64,000 bases of DNA from Paramoeba atlantica (taxonomy: Eukaryota; Protista; Discosea), in assembly GCA_977017575.1 (NCBI GenBank), contig CDRNVI010000017.1:12836-76835 (forward strand). The letters run 5' to 3'. A program made the position numbers and the translations under genes. The notes below the pieces were generated by a model. That model saw only the letters and a list, made by a program, of their open reading frames with translations. It ran no database searches and was not told the origin of the DNA. Shown one piece after another: positions 10,105-19,683 of the stretch; position 1 is the first letter of the stretch; each line of letters starts with the position of its first letter.

Positions 10105-10793
10105 ATTTCAGTGCTCCGGATGCCAGAATAGTGTAACCGAGGAAAATCTCACAGAACACCAGCGCAGCTGTCGCGGCAGTGTCCGCAGATCTGGGCCCGA
10201 CCTTATGATCTACTGGGCAGACGGTCCGATGTATTATGACCTAACTGTAGTTCACGAGTTTTCAGCAGCTCACATAAACAAAACGCCTCAAAAAATGATG
10301 AACGAAGTCATCACGAAGAAACGCGACCGTTACGTAACTTCTGGGATGATTGCGAATGATCGTTTCATGTGTATCCCTGTCCTTTCGGGTGGAGCGCTAC
10401 ATAAGCATACAAAACGTCTATTAACAGCTTTAGCAGATCGTTGCCTTATTTAGAATTCAGGAGCGATGTCTGACCCAGATGGAGCGATAACTCTAGAGCG
10501 CCCAAAACTCCCTTTCAGCTCGGGCTGTCGATCCACCAGGTTCAATTTCTCCTTACGCTTTTTAAGACTGAGAGGATAAAAATGGAGGCTCTCCAAGAAG
10601 ACGTGCAGAGCGGCAGTATTAGGGAAGTTGGAAAGAAGTGTGAAGGTGAGTAGTCAAAGGCTGCGAGTTGCAGCAAACAGATCGTGCGTCCTTCTAATGT
10701 TGAAGGCTTGAAAGTAGTAGTGCTTGATATGCTTTTTTTTGTTTACTAAAAGTTTACGAAAAGAATTGTACAATGGAAATTTTGATTTCTGAG

Positions 10794-10828
<35 letters not shown>
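10105..10828 (+). mobile_element. 3' fragment of CRE-like family F (RLE domain, 3'UTR, poly(A) 10798-10828)
   Basis: FQCSGC..EHQRSC..RSGPDLMI..YYDLTVVH, homologous to family E. Confidence 0.8.
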
Positions 10829-10830
<2 letters not shown>

Positions 10831-10864
10831 TTAACGATAAAGATACAGTTTCTGTACCTTGTTG
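10827..10864 (+). other. Spliced-leader-like exon at 5' end of element H
   Basis: AACTTTAACGATAAAGATACAGTTTCTGTACCTTGTTG; the 3' 19 nt match the trypanosomatid SL end (CAGTTTCTGTACTTTATTG, from memory) at 17 positions; no GT donor follows. Confidence 0.85.
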
Positions 10865-10900
10865 AATTATTTTTCTTTCCCTATTTCTTTTATCCGGACA

Positions 10901-13900
10901 ATGAGGGAGGCTGATTCATGCGGCTCGACGACGATACGAGAAGATGACCTTTTTGCCCAAGAGGAGAAAACACACACGCCAGGCTCCTGGGACCAGTTTG
11001 AGGGTAATCAGCATCTTATCGCTGCAACTAGTACATACGATGAATCCCTCTACACGACGCCCATACCAGAAAATATTACACCAGCCTGGCAAGACAAAAT
11101 GGAAACGGCACTACAATCTTTGCACCGAGAGAAGCAGACACCTGACACGGGGATGATTTTATCGGCAGACGAAGAGAGAAATCATTCCAGCGTATCAAGA
11201 GACTGTGCCCCCAATACGTCTGGCAAAGGTCAAGAAGTAACAAGCCAAACCCCAGAGCGGTACGAACCACATTCCATGGCCACAGCGAGGCTTCTCCCAC
11301 GAAAAAGCCCTCTTTCTAGCCAAAAGTCGACGCCCAAAATTTTCGAGAGAGGGGTTAGTAAAGATTCCAAGACTCGCCAACCAGCTAGACGAGACACAAT
11401 GAGACGTCGCACCTGTCCAGTCGAAGTGTGCAACTGGAGCACCGCATCACACGGAGGGAAGTGGCAGGCCTACTACCATCACGTCGCAAGCCAACATAGC
11501 GATACTGTGCCTTCGGAATGGTGGGAAAAAGAAGGACGTTTCTTATGCCCCTCATGCGGCAAGCACTATGATCACAATAAAAAAGCTTCCCATGAGGAAA
11601 AATGTCAAGACTCCTTGGGCTCTTACACCTCGTCGCTAACCTGTGAGCCAGAAACCGAAGAGGCTTCCATTTCCCAAATTTACAAGGATTCGCTCCCGTC
11701 TCTTGATTGTGTCTGCTCTTACGCCATCAACACATGCAAAGATGTACCATTCCGATGCAGACAACAGTGGGCCTCCGTTTTGACTCAAACAATGGCTGCA
11801 GTGGTTAGAGAGAACTCGGTTGAGGCCTGGACACGCTTAGCGATGCTCCCAAAATGTGTCCTGCCCGCGCCCAAAAGAGGGGGACGAAAAGGAAATTCGT
11901 CCTATACCACGAAAACGAGCCAACGCATGGATCGCTGGGAATCCAGGGAATACGCGGCACTGTGGAACGAATCTGTTGCGCAAATGGTAAAGAAGCGGGA
12001 GAGGAGCGATGATGAGGAAGTGGACGAGTCCGGCAAGGCGGCGAAACGAGCCGAGTTGCTGGCCAGACAAGGGGAGTTTTCCCGTGCGATGGCAGCCCTT
12101 ACAGCAGCACCGATGGCACCTGAATCCGAAGAAACTTACGAAAAACTCCAATCGAAGCACCCAGGTAGATTGCCTTTATCATCTTCCGTCACATTCCGAC
12201 CCATAGAAGGAGAGCCTTTACATCTATCCGAAGGCGAAGTTGAAAAGGCACTACGCAGTTTCCGGCGCGGAACATCGGCTGGCACCATGGGCCTCCGCCC
12301 TGAGCATCTCCAGAGCGCCTTAGCAGCACACCCTGATGACAAGGTACAGCCGCTTTTCTATCTCAAGGAAGTCATGAACCTCTTGCTGTCCGGGAAAGGT
12401 TGTCTCCAAGTCCAGAAGTTCTTCGGCGGCGCCAGACTATGTGCCTTAGAAAAAGGAGAAAATGATGTCCGTCCTATTGCTGCCGGCGAAACAATAAGGC
12501 GACTTGTGAGCAAAGCGGCCTGCTCCGCAGTAAAGGAAAAGGCAAGCAAACTACTCTGGCCTCATCAATACGGAGTCGCAACACCTGCAGGGGCCGAACG
12601 CCTGATCCACCTGTGTAGGCACGTGATGGCCTCTCAGGCGGGAAGTTCTGATTTCACGCTATGTAAAGTGGATCTGCGAAATGCCTTTAACAACATCTCA
12701 AGAACTGCCTTTGCTGCACTTACGAGGGAGCACTTCCCGGAGCTCTCCCCGTGGGTTGAATGGTGTTACACCACCGAGAGTATTCTCACTTACGGTTTCC
12801 GTCAGATTTCTTCAAAGGAGGGTGTGCAACAAGGGGATCCGTTGGGTCCTTTACTTTTTTCCCTCGTCATGCAAATGGTTACTACCGAGATAGATCGACA
12901 ACTTCCTGGTCTTCTTAAGCTTAATCTGTGGTATTTGGATGACGGCATTCTCGGGGGGAAGGCTCAAGACGTCAGACGAGCTTTAGACATCATCGAACGA
13001 GTCGGCCCACAGTGGGGCATCTTCCTAAACGCCAACAAGTGCGAGGCGATCACACATCCTGAATCCGCCGAACACCTGGACAGCTTCGGCAACATCCCGA
13101 CGACTAAAAAGACAAGCGAGGGAAATTTTTCAATTTTAGGTAGCCCTGTAGGAACGACTGATTTCTGCACAGAATTTCTCCGTGAACACACCCTGTTGCC
13201 TGCTGAAGAATCCCTAGCCGCGATCGAATACATGGAAGACCCGCAAGTTTCCCTCGCACTCATCCGACAATGTGCTGGTTTCAGCCAAATGGCATATTCT
13301 CTTAGAACCACACCCACCAATTCCGTCCATGAGCTATGCGAAGAACTTGACACAGCAATACTACATACCACGGAACGCTCTATATGTCCTTTAAATGAAG
13401 ATGCTGCCGCACAAGTACAACGTCCAAAATCTTACGGTGGATTCGGGCTGCGCTCTTCAGCGATGCATGCCTCATCGGCGTACGTTTCCTCAGTCTCTTT
13501 CGCAGCGGATAAGGACAACTGGAACTCCCTCGACGCAAAAGATTTTGCTGATGCAGTACTGGACGTCAATTCACGAGCGGGCACCAGCGTCCTGGAAGAG
13601 AAAACCGGTCTAATTTCCCCTCAGCACGCTTCCTCTCTCTCTCACCTCAAAAAAGTACTGGGTCTCCGTGGATCAAAACGACCTCTCCCGGCGAATCTTC
13701 CCGTAGCACCACCCGGAGACACGACGACCCCTTACTTTGAACAAACGAAACTCGACCACGAGTTTTCATCTTCCAACGACCGAGTCGCACGCCAAAAGGT
13801 GCTCAGCCGTGCAATTTCTTCCCGCGAGTACACCGATGCATATCAGAAAGCTGATCCTCAAACGAGGGCACGTTGGATATCTCAATCTGGAAAAGGGGCA

Positions 13901-14740
13901 GGTGACTGGCTGTTTGTCACGCCCTCCAGGGAAAAGGGGCACGCCTTTACTAAAACGGAGTTCCGCACCCTGTGCACCTGGTGGCTAGGACAAAAAGTAT
14001 ATCCAGAAACACACCCCTGTCCCGTCTCAGGCTGCACGCTTCCGATGGGACCACAAGGAGACCACGCATTGGTCTGTAAACACGACTACGGGATCTCTGC
14101 GAGGCATAATGCCTTGGCCCTCCAGTTCTTTGACGTTTGTCAAAAGGCCAATTTGTCTCCGAAAAGGGAGCACAGCCTCGGCAACAGAGGTCCAGGGGGG
14201 GCACTCACAAGACCAGGGGATGTGTTCCTTCCGAGCTACACGCTCGGTAAAGGCCTTGTCTTTGATTTTGCGGTGACCCACGTCCAGCAACAGAAATATA
14301 CGGACCTGGTCCGTTCTGCTGGCATGGTAGCTGCAGGGGCCTTCGCAGAGAAATATGCAACGAACCACAAGCGTGGACAAAGGCAAGAGGCTATAGAGGC
14401 CGGGCATGATTTCACCGCCATGGTAGTGGAATCGTACGGATCATGGAGTCCGACGTCCCTCCATATGCTGAAGAAGATCGCGGGAAAAAGAGCCGCAACA
14501 TGTAAGGGTGATATGTCCGAGCAAGCGTCAATGTTTTTTCTTCTCCAGGACATGAACGTTACGCTCATGCGGTCTCAGGCACGAATGCTTGTAAGACGCA
14601 TGGCAGACGTGTATATCCATGCCAGTCTCGCTTTACTGCACGAGGCACCCTCTGACACCACACCAAATCGTGCCAGCTGCGGACCGGCAGGAGCGATCGA
14701 GCCTACAGTGCCTATTCTCACGCCTCGCCTTCGTGAGTGA
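10901..14740 (+). CDS. Family H polyprotein, 1279 aa: LsmAD-like, 2 ZnF, RT, CCHC, RLE
   Basis: First ATG 10901 (track start TTG lies in the SL); GSWDQF..STYDESLYTT, VRPIAAGE, VDLRNAFN, QQGDPLGP, YLDD, CP..GC..DH..C, RHN, RPGDVF..FDFAVTH. Confidence 0.93.
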   Translation: MREADSCGSTTIREDDLFAQEEKTHTPGSWDQFEGNQHLIAATSTYDESLYTTPIPENITPAWQDKMETALQSLHREKQTPDTGMILSADEERNHSSVSRDCAPNTSGKGQEVTSQTPERYEPHSMATARLLPRKSPLSSQKSTPKIFERGVSKDSKTRQPARRDTMRRRTCPVEVCNWSTASHGGKWQAYYHHVASQHSDTVPSEWWEKEGRFLCPSCGKHYDHNKKASHEEKCQDSLGSYTSSLTCEPETEEASISQIYKDSLPSLDCVCSYAINTCKDVPFRCRQQWASVLTQTMAAVVRENSVEAWTRLAMLPKCVLPAPKRGGRKGNSSYTTKTSQRMDRWESREYAALWNESVAQMVKKRERSDDEEVDESGKAAKRAELLARQGEFSRAMAALTAAPMAPESEETYEKLQSKHPGRLPLSSSVTFRPIEGEPLHLSEGEVEKALRSFRRGTSAGTMGLRPEHLQSALAAHPDDKVQPLFYLKEVMNLLLSGKGCLQVQKFFGGARLCALEKGENDVRPIAAGETIRRLVSKAACSAVKEKASKLLWPHQYGVATPAGAERLIHLCRHVMASQAGSSDFTLCKVDLRNAFNNISRTAFAALTREHFPELSPWVEWCYTTESILTYGFRQISSKEGVQQGDPLGPLLFSLVMQMVTTEIDRQLPGLLKLNLWYLDDGILGGKAQDVRRALDIIERVGPQWGIFLNANKCEAITHPESAEHLDSFGNIPTTKKTSEGNFSILGSPVGTTDFCTEFLREHTLLPAEESLAAIEYMEDPQVSLALIRQCAGFSQMAYSLRTTPTNSVHELCEELDTAILHTTERSICPLNEDAAAQVQRPKSYGGFGLRSSAMHASSAYVSSVSFAADKDNWNSLDAKDFADAVLDVNSRAGTSVLEEKTGLISPQHASSLSHLKKVLGLRGSKRPLPANLPVAPPGDTTTPYFEQTKLDHEFSSSNDRVARQKVLSRAISSREYTDAYQKADPQTRARWISQSGKGAGDWLFVTPSREKGHAFTKTEFRTLCTWWLGQKVYPETHPCPVSGCTLPMGPQGDHALVCKHDYGISARHNALALQFFDVCQKANLSPKREHSLGNRGPGGALTRPGDVFLPSYTLGKGLVFDFAVTHVQQQKYTDLVRSAGMVAAGAFAEKYATNHKRGQRQEAIEAGHDFTAMVVESYGSWSPTSLHMLKKIAGKRAATCKGDMSEQASMFFLLQDMNVTLMRSQARMLVRRMADVYIHASLALLHEAPSDTTPNRASCGPAGAIEPTVPILTPRLRE

Positions 14741-14817
14741 GGTACCCCAAGGTGAGATAGGTAGGGATTCGGACTGACAGTCCTATTTCAGCACGAAGAC
14801 GCCATGGTATCCAGGAC

Positions 14818-15050
14818 GGGTGCTGGTCGGGTCGACAGAGTCTATGCTCACGCCTAGCCCGCGAGGGCTAGGTACCCCAAGTGAGGTAGTACACGGGTAG
14901 TGAATCTCCTCCCCGTCGGCCAGCATCCTGTTTCGCGACCGTGTCGCTGTCGACACAGGCCCGCGCCTGCGCCCTCCCGTATAGCAAGGGAAGGGTTCAC
15001 AAGTCAGGCCGTGGAGTGGTCGAAAGACCCGGTCCGGAACGCGCGAATGG
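14818..15050 (+). ncRNA. Conserved structured 3'UTR RNA element (H)
   Basis: Same helices as in D, I, J and G; preceded by an extra half-module at 14690-14765. Confidence 0.62.
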
Positions 15051-15193
15051 ATTGGGCCTGGATTGCTTGTTTTTATTTTTACTGTTTCTTGTTTGTCGTA
15101 TATACTTAGGGGAGATTGAATTGCTAGTTTTGGGCTTAGAAAAAAGAAAAAGAAAATATACTTCTGTGGAAATAAAAAAAAAAAAAAAAAAAA

Positions 15194-15864
15194 GACGGCT
15201 GCACGCAAACTCAAGAATATAGTATATAAGTTCTAAACACAATATCACTATAAGCTGAGTCAGCTTATAAAATTATATAGATTTCATTTTCGGGATAGTT
15301 TCTCTTTGAAAATTGAGAGAAGGGGGGAAGGTAAAAAAAAAAAAAAAAAAAAAAAAGCTCCTCAAGGGCTAGGTACTCCAAGTGAGGTAGGACATGGGTC
15401 GGGAACTAAAACTTCCTCCCCGTCGGCCAGCACCCTGTTTCGCGACCGTGCCGCTGTCGGCACAAGCCCGCGCCTGCGCCCTCCCATATAACAAGGGAAG
15501 GGTTCACAAGTCAGGCCGAGGAGTGGTCGAAAGACCCGGTCCGGAACGCGCGAATGAATTGGGCATAAATTGCTTCTTTTTATTATTATTGTTATCAAAA
15601 TCATAAATAACTTAAGGCAGGTTGAATTACTAGTTTTGGGATACAACATGTGAAATTGCTAATTTGATTGCTTGTTTAATAAAAATAAAAAAAAAAAAAG
15701 ATTAAAAGTTTACGGATTGAAATTCAGGAGGGATTATATTTGAATAGGGTTTGTTAATAATTATGTACGTGTATGAACTGTATGCATTTTCGCGTGAAAT
15801 TGATTTTATTCTTATGTGACAGTAAAAATATACTTCAAAAAAAAAAAAAAAAAAAAAAAAAAAA
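15194..15864 (+). mobile_element. Three short poly(A)-tailed 3'-end fragments in series (15194-15356, 15357-15699, 15700-15864)
   Basis: Each ends in an A-tract; the middle one is the 3' part of the structured UTR with GTGCCG/CGGCAC. Confidence 0.7.
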
Positions 15865-15928
15865 GTGAATCTCACTTTTTACACCCACATCAAAGATCTC
15901 CGATGAAGCTCGGACGCTCAAATCCGCA

Positions 15929-18900
15929 GTGAAGGATGCTCTTTCCCACCAAGGTCGAAACACTTCCCCATCGAAAGGAGTGACCAAAGCGGACTCGCGC
16001 TCGTCAAGGCGAACACCGGAGCCCCGGACATATTTCTCTTCACCGCGACACGCCGCAAACCAAAATAACTTCGCTGAAAAGACACAAACAAGAGAAGAGA
16101 CTCGGGAATGTCCGGCCATGGGATGCACTTGGAGAAGTCTGCCGCACGGAGGGTCTTGGCAAGCGTTTTATAACCACGTCGCGTGTCGCCACGGAAACGG
16201 AGTTCCCGCTACCTGGTGGGATGCAGAAGGCCGATTTCTTTGCAACTTATGCGGGCGCCATTATGACATCAACAAAAGGGAAGCTCATCCACAAGCCTGC
16301 AAAGGGAACGTTGCGAACCCCCAAATCCCATCGCGCGCAGCACACTCGAGCGACCCAAGCCACCTTCCGGGGACTCAAACTCATCACTCTGAACTTCCCT
16401 CGCTATCCTCTATCTGCACGCTGCGCCTGAACACTTGCAAGGACGTGCCTCCACGTTGCCGTCAACTGTGGGGAGAAATTATCACCAAAGCAGCCCAAAA
16501 CGCAGTCACCGAAAACTCTACAGCCGCGTGGACCCTATTCGCCATGCTCCCCAAGTGCTTACTACCCGCCCCACACCGAGGAGGACGTAAGAACCACACA
16601 ACTTACGCATCATACGTCCAGAAGTGCATGAACCGATGGCTCGCGCAAGATTATGTCTCCCTATGGAATGAAGCAGTAGACAACGCACTCAAGAAACAAT
16701 CTGTAGCCCCTACAACCGTTCACGACGAAGAGGAAAAGGCAGCTATCCGAGCAGAGCTTCTAGCTCGACAAGGCGAGTACTCTAGGGGTATGGCTGCACT
16801 CACGGCGGATGCTATGGCGCCTGACGACGAAGACACACTCCTCAAACTTCAGAGCAAGCACCCGCCCCGACATCCAGACAGTGACATCATCGACTATACG
16901 CCTCCGCCCACAGCGCCCCTAATAATGGATGAACCCGTGGTAGCGAAAACTATCAAGAGCTTTCACCGGGGTTCCTCGTCCGGAACCATGGGTTTACGAC
17001 CCGAGCACTTGCAAGCTGTACTCCTGGCGCACGTAGATAACACCGTGAAACCCCTTACTGCCCTTAAAAACCTCGTTAATCATCTACTAGCCGGGAAAGC
17101 ACCCCTAGAGGTACAACCATATTTTGCGGGAGCCAGACTTTGCGCGCTTGAAAAGGGCGAAAATGACGTCCGCCCCATAGCAGCGGGAGAAACGATACGT
17201 CGATTGGTAAGCAAAGCGGCTTGCAATGCAGTGAGGAGCAAAGCCAGGGAATTTTTTAAGGGACTACAGTTCGGCGTCGCGACACCGGCCGGTTCGGAAC
17301 GAATAATTCACACTTGCCGGCACGCAATGACAAATCATACGGACAACCCCGACATGGTATTATGTAAAGTCGACCTAAGCAACGCATTCAACAACGTTAG
17401 CAGAGCAACTTTCTTGAAACTTGTAGGCGATCATTTTCCGGAATTGTTCCCCTGGGCTAGCTGGTGCTATACGACAACTAGTGCTTTGACCTATCGTGAC
17501 CACACACTCCTTTCGGATGAAGGCGTCCAACAGGGCGATCCCCTGGGACCACTTTTCTTTTCACTGGTCTCCTTGGAACTTGCAAAAGAAATCTATCACC
17601 AGGCCGACCTGGACTTGCAGCTATGGTACCTAGACGACGGGATTCTCATTGGCAGGGCAGAAGACGTCAGGAACTCGTTGGATACAATCGCCAGAGTAGG
17701 TCCGCGATGGGGCCTATATCTGAACATGTCCAAGTGCGAAATAATCACCCCCCCTGCCTCGGCTAACGTTGTAACCATATTTCCGGACATACCCGACGCC
17801 AAAATAAACGTGTGCGGTAACTTTAGTGTCCTAGGAAGCCCAATTGGGTCCCCTGAGTACTGTACTGAATATCTGCTGACACACGCGGTTGAGCCCGCTG
17901 AAATGGCCCTTGATGCCATAACCAGAATCCGGGACCCCCAGGTAGCCATGGCGCTAATTCGACAATGTGCTGGATTCTGCAAATTGGTACATGCTCTACG
18001 AACGACGCCCCCGCAATCAGTTATGAACCTCTGCAAGCGGCTCGACGACTTCCTAATGCACGCGGTCGAATCCACTCTATGTCCTTTGCCTCCCTCCGCA
18101 CGCGCCCAAATTCAGCGCTTGAAAAGACACGGAGGTTTCGGTTTAAAATCGGCGACCGTGCACGCATCCTCCGCTTACGCCTCCTCTGTAGTTTTCGCGG
18201 CGGCCACGGACTCATGGGATGCTTCAGAAGTGGAGGGCTTTCTACAATCGATTGAAGACGTGAATTCGAAAGTTGGTATCAGTCTACTCGACTCAAACGG
18301 ACTCGTGCGTTCCATCCCGCGCCATAAATGTGAAGAACTCTCCCCCAAAGCTCGCTTCACCAAGAGATCTCGCGAGGGAGAAACCAGACATCCCTTTGAA
18401 CCCGCAAATCCGCCTTCCCTTCCTCGTGACCGCGCATTGCCTCATTCCGAAGACTTTCCACACGATACAAACCCCCTTTACGCATCCGAAGATTGCGTTG
18501 ACGCGCAGCCACCCGACTGGGCAAGTAATAGCGTCCCCCGCCAAAAAGACATAAGTTACGCGATCTCTGCCACAGAGTTCTCGCACGCATATGAAAACGC
18601 CGACGCCCGGACTCGCGCACGCTGGGCTTCTCAGTGTGGTAAAGGAGCAAGCAGTTGGGCGTTCGTAACTCCTTCCAGAGACACGGGCCACGCCTTTAAC
18701 CCCACAGAATTCCGCATCCTATCCCGCTGGTGGTTAGGTGTGCCCGTGTACGGGGAAGAAGGTACATGTCCCAAGGGGAACTGCACACTCCCATTGGACA
18801 TACACGGCGATCACGCTCTCACATGCAAGCACGGGGACGGTATCATCGGCCGTCACAACGCCTTGGCCGATCACTTTGCCGATACTTGCAGTAACGCACG

Positions 18901-19390
18901 CCTAGCTCCCCAACGGGAAAAAAGCCTCGGGAACCGGGGCCCCGGAGGCGCTCTGACTAGACCCGGGGACGTCTTCCTTCCGAGTCTCTTCCTCGGGAAA
19001 CCTATCGTGCTTGACTTCGCGGTCACTCACGCCCAGCAATCTAAATACACGGACACAGTCCGAAATGCTAGCTGGGTGGCCGCGGGGTCCTTCGCAGAGC
19101 ATTATGCCTCAGAGCAGAAAGTCCGGCAACGCCGTGAATCTGAAGATGCCGGAAGCGATTTCACAGCTATGGTGGTCGAGAGCTATGGCTCTTGGAGTGC
19201 CAGTGCTTTAGCCGTTCTCCGGAAGGTTGGAGAACGAAGGGCAAAAGCGTCCAACGGTATCTTGACAGACGAGGCCTCTACGCTCCGTCTCGTGACCGAC
19301 ATGAACGTAACATTGATGCGTTGCCAGGCGCGCATGATGATTACGCGCCTGCCGGCTGTGGACCCCTTGCCCCCTTTAATCGAGCAATAG
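15929..19390 (+). CDS. Family J polyprotein (ZnF-RT-CCHC-RLE), N-terminus missing
   Basis: CPAMGC..HVACRH, QQGDPLGP, YLDD, RPGDVF..LDFAVTH. Confidence 0.9.
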   Translation: MKDALSHQGRNTSPSKGVTKADSRSSRRTPEPRTYFSSPRHAANQNNFAEKTQTREETRECPAMGCTWRSLPHGGSWQAFYNHVACRHGNGVPATWWDAEGRFLCNLCGRHYDINKREAHPQACKGNVANPQIPSRAAHSSDPSHLPGTQTHHSELPSLSSICTLRLNTCKDVPPRCRQLWGEIITKAAQNAVTENSTAAWTLFAMLPKCLLPAPHRGGRKNHTTYASYVQKCMNRWLAQDYVSLWNEAVDNALKKQSVAPTTVHDEEEKAAIRAELLARQGEYSRGMAALTADAMAPDDEDTLLKLQSKHPPRHPDSDIIDYTPPPTAPLIMDEPVVAKTIKSFHRGSSSGTMGLRPEHLQAVLLAHVDNTVKPLTALKNLVNHLLAGKAPLEVQPYFAGARLCALEKGENDVRPIAAGETIRRLVSKAACNAVRSKAREFFKGLQFGVATPAGSERIIHTCRHAMTNHTDNPDMVLCKVDLSNAFNNVSRATFLKLVGDHFPELFPWASWCYTTTSALTYRDHTLLSDEGVQQGDPLGPLFFSLVSLELAKEIYHQADLDLQLWYLDDGILIGRAEDVRNSLDTIARVGPRWGLYLNMSKCEIITPPASANVVTIFPDIPDAKINVCGNFSVLGSPIGSPEYCTEYLLTHAVEPAEMALDAITRIRDPQVAMALIRQCAGFCKLVHALRTTPPQSVMNLCKRLDDFLMHAVESTLCPLPPSARAQIQRLKRHGGFGLKSATVHASSAYASSVVFAAATDSWDASEVEGFLQSIEDVNSKVGISLLDSNGLVRSIPRHKCEELSPKARFTKRSREGETRHPFEPANPPSLPRDRALPHSEDFPHDTNPLYASEDCVDAQPPDWASNSVPRQKDISYAISATEFSHAYENADARTRARWASQCGKGASSWAFVTPSRDTGHAFNPTEFRILSRWWLGVPVYGEEGTCPKGNCTLPLDIHGDHALTCKHGDGIIGRHNALADHFADTCSNARLAPQREKSLGNRGPGGALTRPGDVFLPSLFLGKPIVLDFAVTHAQQSKYTDTVRNASWVAAGSFAEHYASEQKVRQRRESEDAGSDFTAMVVESYGSWSASALAVLRKVGERRAKASNGILTDEASTLRLVTDMNVTLMRCQARMMITRLPAVDPLPPLIEQ

Positions 19391-19445
19391 CACGATGACG
19401 GATGTGCAAGATGGGCCGCTCAGCCGGAACCCGAACAGCTGGTCC

Positions 19446-19683
19446 GGATGCTGGTCGATGCCGGCAGGGTCTATGCTCACGCCTAGTCCGCCAGGGCTAG
19501 GTACTCCAAGTGAGGTAGGACATGGGTAGGGAACTTTGTTCCTCCCCGTCGGCCAGCATCATGCTCCGCGACCGTGCCGCTGTCGGCACAGGCCCATTGC
19601 TTGCGCCCTCTCGTACAACAAGAGAAGGGTTACCAAGGCAAGCTGGGAGAGGTCGAAAGACCCGGTCCGGAACGCGCGAATGG
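19446..19683 (+). ncRNA. Structured 3'UTR RNA element (J variant with compensatory changes)
   Basis: GCCGGCAG/CTGTCGGC, GTGCCG/CGGCAC, GCTTGC/GCAAGC, CCCTCTC/GAGAAGGG. Confidence 0.65.

Larger units (their letters stand above)
10829..15193 (+). mobile_element. Full-length CRE-like element, family H (SL to poly(A))
   Basis: SL, intact ORF, structured 3'UTR, poly(A) 15174-15193. Confidence 0.93.

Noticed and set aside
9351-10453. ORFs 9351..10136 and 10040..10453 as independent genes
   Set aside because: Chimeras of unrelated fragments (unknown segment, D zinc fingers, F RLE) without true starts.
10827-10864. SL copies as target-site duplications of classical SL-targeting CRE insertion
   Set aside because: Most poly(A) junctions and all 5'-truncated copies lack SL; disfavoured but not fully excluded.
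10827-10900. Functional SL RNA gene
   Set aside because: The exon is followed by AATT rather than a GT donor/intron, and is preceded by poly(A) rather than a promoter; this holds for all six copies.
14834-14839. U6-like ACAGAG box in the UTR structure
   Set aside because: Not conserved (GCAGGG in J, ACAGTG in G); no other snRNA features.
15030-15060. HDV-like ribozyme suggested by GCGCGAATGG (J4/2-like)
   Set aside because: I could not build the P1/P1.1/P2/P3 nested double pseudoknot; the motif is absent in G and altered at 5013, and the segment pairs with upstream TTCGCG.
15104-15109. TTAGGG telomeric repeat
   Set aside because: Only isolated single hexamers within AT-rich UTRs; no array in the window.
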